DNA from: Marsupella aquatica
Taxonomy: Eukaryota > Plantae > Marchantiophyta
Assembly: GCA_973895155.1 (NCBI GenBank)
Contig: OZ316893.1
Location: 6,209,239 to 6,273,238, forward strand
DNA: 64,000 nt
Direction: 5' to 3'
The translations under genes and the position numbers were made by a program. The notes under the pieces are model-generated. The model was not told the DNA's origin. It saw nothing but the letters and a program-made list of their open reading frames with translations, and ran no database searches. How positions within the stretch are numbered: position 1 is the first letter of the stretch; each line of letters begins with the position of its first letter. Below are positions 59,661 through 64,000 of the stretch, one piece after another.

Positions 59661-62600
59661 TTTTAAACTTTCCCTCGAAGACAGGCTTGCAAACCCATGT
59701 CGAGCACGTAACCACAATAATATGTTCAAGTGAAGATCGATGAGACGTGCTTCGTCATGTGATTAAGAGTCAACTATTCCTTCCATTCGGGAGCATCAAC
59801 ACTGAACAGGCGGTTCCCAGCCCCCAAAATTTAGCAGCAATCGAGCACCCGAATGCCCAATGCCCAGGGGACTCATGAAACATATTCCGTACGTGGCTCT
59901 GACTAAACAAGTGTTGCCTTTCCCAGACGATTACTTTCTCTTTCAAATCATTGTGTGAATATTATTGTTAAGAATAAAACATATACACAAACTTTTTAGA
60001 GAAAACAGCCAAAGAGAATACGAAAAAATAAACAAAAGAGGTCCGTCCCAAGGGGACAAAATTAAACACAAAAGAAATGAGCAAAAGGAAACCCCTAAAA
60101 ACCAAGAAGCAAGAACTAAACTATAGCAAAGAACTAAACTATAGCAAATGGACCTAGATACTCATGATTCCTAACAAATATGGAAAAAAACTAGTGAGCC
60201 ACATCAAATGTAAAAATTAAATGGGCAAGTGAGACTCAAATGTTCTCTAAAGGGAGCTAGCAGCTGCGGAGGCACATTAGCACCCACTATCAGAGATTCA
60301 AGGTGAGCATGCTATAAGGTGACTAAAAAAATAAACTCCATTTTCTTGACATCGTTGTTTAGAGTGAGATCCATGATTACTTTAGAAATTGTTGTTTAGA
60401 GTATTAAGCTCCATTCTGAAGTTAGTGCTTGCTAGTAGAACACGTTTGGCCTATACATTTGGTGGACCGAGATCTGTTCACCACCCAAAAATATACAGGA
60501 TCATGCAAAGAAGAATGTTATTTGAGTAAAAATCGCATGATTTCCAAGATAGTTGATGCCAATTAATGCCAATGCTGCCATCTTGGAAGACACAGTTTTC
60601 CGGCATTTTACCTAGACTAACGGTAAGATGATCGCAAAGCAAAGCTACTGTAAGTGTCTCCGTGGCTCTGGCCAGGTCAGTCCCATGGAGAAAATCTTAA
60701 GAGTGTCTTATTCCAGACTGTCGTGCGCAATGAAATTGGGGAATTAAACATCTGGGATCGAGGAAGGATTAATTTGGCCGCCTCTCCAATATTTGTACTC
60801 TACACGGTTGAGAATAATCATCATTCTCGAACCCAATTGTTCCTGAAGACTGGAACTCGAACAACTCCCATCAGCTGGATTCAAAGTCCAATGCGCAGTC
60901 CAATTTCTTACGAAAGGAGTCATCTAGGTTCTCCTCTCGTCAGACGAGGCTACTGTTAGTAGCTATTCCACAGCACACACTGATTTGTCCAAGCCAAATT
61001 TGTCATTGATAGTGGTTGCGGTGTGACTGTATGTGGGTCCCCTGGGATGGGATATTGTTTTACAGCGATCCACGCTCTTTCTCTGCAAGCCAAGAGAATC
61101 TCAGATTAACTCGTGACCGAAACTGATAGTTTCGGACTTTGGGTTTTCCGCAAATTTCCAGGTTTGGGACCCCAATAAAACTGGATTAGAAGCCTGCAGA
61201 AACGAAACTAGAGCACATGGATTTAAAAGATGGTCTCGACTTTGACCTCTCCTCCTCGAGCCTCTTGCAACTCCCTCGCGAATATCGCAGTACGGTGGCA
61301 CATGGTGACATTTCGACCGATCAGAATCTAAATGCCCGCGTCCCATTTTTGGTTTGGTGATCATGGTTTGGTGATCATCAGCGAATATTTGCTAGATTAC
61401 AAGTAGAAAGTCTTGCCACTGGCAAAACTAGTGGCAAGACTTTGCTAGGCTTTGTATCTTTCATCTCTCTTCCACTAGCCCACTTTCCCACCTAGCCTAG
61501 CCACCCCCTGAGCCAGATTCTAAGAGCCATCTCAATCCCTGAAATGAAAATGAGAGATTAATCTAGTACGTATAAGTACATTAAAAAGATTCGTAGTATG
61601 CTCTCCTTGGGCACAAACTTAGATTAGTCAAGGTGAAAACCTTTAAAATTTTGCCCAGAGTGAGGGTTGCGCATAAACTTAGATTACCCACTTAGGCCTG
61701 GTGAAGACCCTTTAAAATATTGCCCAACATTAGGCTTGAATGGTGACAGGAAAGGACTTAACCAGGCCCCTCTAGCATCTTGTGTACTTGTTTGACCATA
61801 AAGATGGATTCAGTATTTGATGAGGCCCTTTGGATTGTAGGCTGGCCATCATTTTTTTAATAAATTCATTATCTTGGCCGTAGTAGTTGCTGGGTCTATC
61901 TCCGCTGCACAGGGCATCAACACTTGACTCGGGGAATCACAAAACATACAAAATCTTAGTTTTTTAGAATCCCAACATCTTATTGGATGACTAAATCAAT
62001 GTTGTTTGAGCTGAAAATGGTTTGGTGTGATCTCTAACATTCAAGCTACCTTGTTGTCGCTCACCTTGCATTCTTGCACCCTCGTCAAAAAGCTGGAATG
62101 GTCAGTTTACAGAAAGCAAGCTAGGCAGGAGAACATCCTAGCCTTCACCAAGTATGAATTTTTCTGGACCTTTAGATTTGACCACCCATACACTCACCTT
62201 CCTGCTCAAACTGCCCTTACTACCACTACTGACACCTACCTCCAATGAAATAATCCCCATTGTTCATAGATTGACTCATTATTTCTGAGTTAATTTGAGT
62301 TTTAAGCCCAATTATGTGGACATTTACTTAATTTCTGGTCTACAGTTACAAATGTTATCATAGTTAAGGTTAACCTTAGTTGCAGACTTAGACTAGTTAG
62401 GTTAAACATGTTGTACTCTCCGAATTATTGTTACCAAACCAGGTTACATCATTTTCTTTTGGTAACAACATCTCGGGTTTCATTGCTACAAACCCAGGTA
62501 TCATTGTTTGCTTGGTAACAACCAACCCTAGATGTTGTTCCCAAGCCACTTGAGAAATAGGGACAACTTACTAGTAAGAGTCTCAAATGAAAAACCCCAA

Positions 62601-64000
62601 ATTTAGACGACCAAGAACAAACTGTCAAAATAGAGCTTTGAAATGTTTAGACTGATTACTTGCAACTCACTCTTTCGTCACACGGGCTAAGAAAACAATG
62701 ATTGGGTACTTGATTGGCCAGGTCTGAATAAAGAAATCCCATCAGGACAAAAGTACCTTACAACCCCAACCTTCAGAAGCATTGTCAGCAAATGGATAAA
62801 CCCGTACCCAGCACAACAGTAGTTTCTATTTCCAAATTCCAATGACAGGGTTGAGTATGTAATCACCAAGCCCTAAAGACCTTGTGGTCTCACTCATGGG
62901 ACCAATTTTGTGATCAAATACCCTTGTCAAATTCCAAATATAGGAAAGTACTTAAGGCTACCTTGATGGACCACAAATATGGATTCACTATTTGACCAGG
63001 CGGACTTGATGGACCACAAATATGGATCCAGTATTTGACCAGGCCTTAGTACAGTCAGCCGTAAAAAATCCAAAAAAATGCAATGACTCAGCAGTTATCG
63101 TCGTTGGGTCCTGGTATCCATCTTTAGTCGGATAGTATGCTTCACACCACCAGCACCAAGCATAGTTTTTTCAATTCTGTTTCAGATTGAGAAGACTTAA
63201 TAAACATTTATATGCAATAAGGAGTCACAACTTCAAAAATTACTCGCTCATCACGTTATTGGTTTAGAGCCTTGGGAAAGCTACTTATTTTGAAGTTTCT
63301 AAACGAACACAAAAAGTCCTATAGACTCTTATTACGGGGGTGCCTTCAAATACTGAGCCCTGTCAGCTTCAACCGCTAATAACTTCTGCATCACAACAAT
63401 CTTGGTTAAATACTCGGAGTGCAGTAAGGATTTTTGGCTCCAAGTAGAACACTCCCCAAAATGTGCAAAGGGTCTGCCGAAATTCCAGACCATATAAGGG
63501 CATAAGAGCAAACCCCCCAAGAAACCACTGCCATGTGATTTGTTGATGGCTAGAATCCCTTCCCGATGATTTCCTCTGCCCGCCCTGTAGGATTTATTTC
63601 CTTGGGAAGGATGCTGTGACACTTAAAACGTCAATCACTATCCCCTCAGCAAAACCTGGTCGATCCAGGGTTACCATAATTAGGCAAAATTTTGCTTAAC
63701 AACTTGAAGAAGTGAACTAACGGGTACTCCCACAACTTAGGGGACAGTTTAATGGAATTTTGAGTAATCTTCAAGACCTCCACTCCAAGAAGAACCATAA
63801 CACAAAAGGTTCAAACCCTGGAGTCTTGTTTACTTTGAGCTGAATCAACAAACTGACTTATTGAGGAACCTATTAGCCAGGGCGGGTCAAATGTACCACC
63901 CAACGGACATACAAGCATTTACTTCCAGGTTTATTTTTTTGTAGTTTTCAAGCAGGATGTCTCAGAAACTACCTCAGCAATGAATCAATTAATGAAGACC

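Noticed and set aside
61407-61443. 14-bp perfect hairpin AAAGTCTTGCCACT/AGTGGCAAGACTTT
   Set aside because: Isolated, with no TSD or second copy; function unsupported
59940-64000. Possible decayed LINE fragments on the minus strand
   Set aside because: Only faint hints (A-rich tract, KVNKTPG-like peptide); no diagnostic RT motif readable by eye

Overview
Eukaryotic, transposon-dense DNA, most likely from a non-seed land plant (inferred from GT-AG introns, a Tnt1-like Copia and non-chromovirus Gypsy elements); no host housekeeping gene is recognisable. Main contents: (1) A Ty3/Gypsy family whose LTR is ~4 kb and itself encodes an ~880-aa protein. It occurs as a near full-length element (1-10493), a TSD-flanked solo LTR (52202-57088), nested or deleted copies, and a diverged sister LTR (26144-29863). 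(2) A young Copia element (15178-21708), a deleted second-type Gypsy and two MITE families. (3) The oldest layer is a gene cluster resembling a large cargo-carrying DNA transposon: an intact spliced DUF7869-type transposase, two intron-containing genes fusing a ParB-like domain to a bacterial-type beta-class N4C/N6A DNA methyltransferase, a third degenerate methyltransferase-like gene, an FCP1/NIF-type phosphatase and an F-box-like ORF. Its introns and spacers carry ~20 copies of the palindrome CGATAAATTTATCG. Swapped target-site duplications indicate a ~37-kb inversion (13350-50249) that scrambled this unit. 57.1-64 kb is mostly unassignable. All alignments and family calls were made by eye from motifs; no searches were run.
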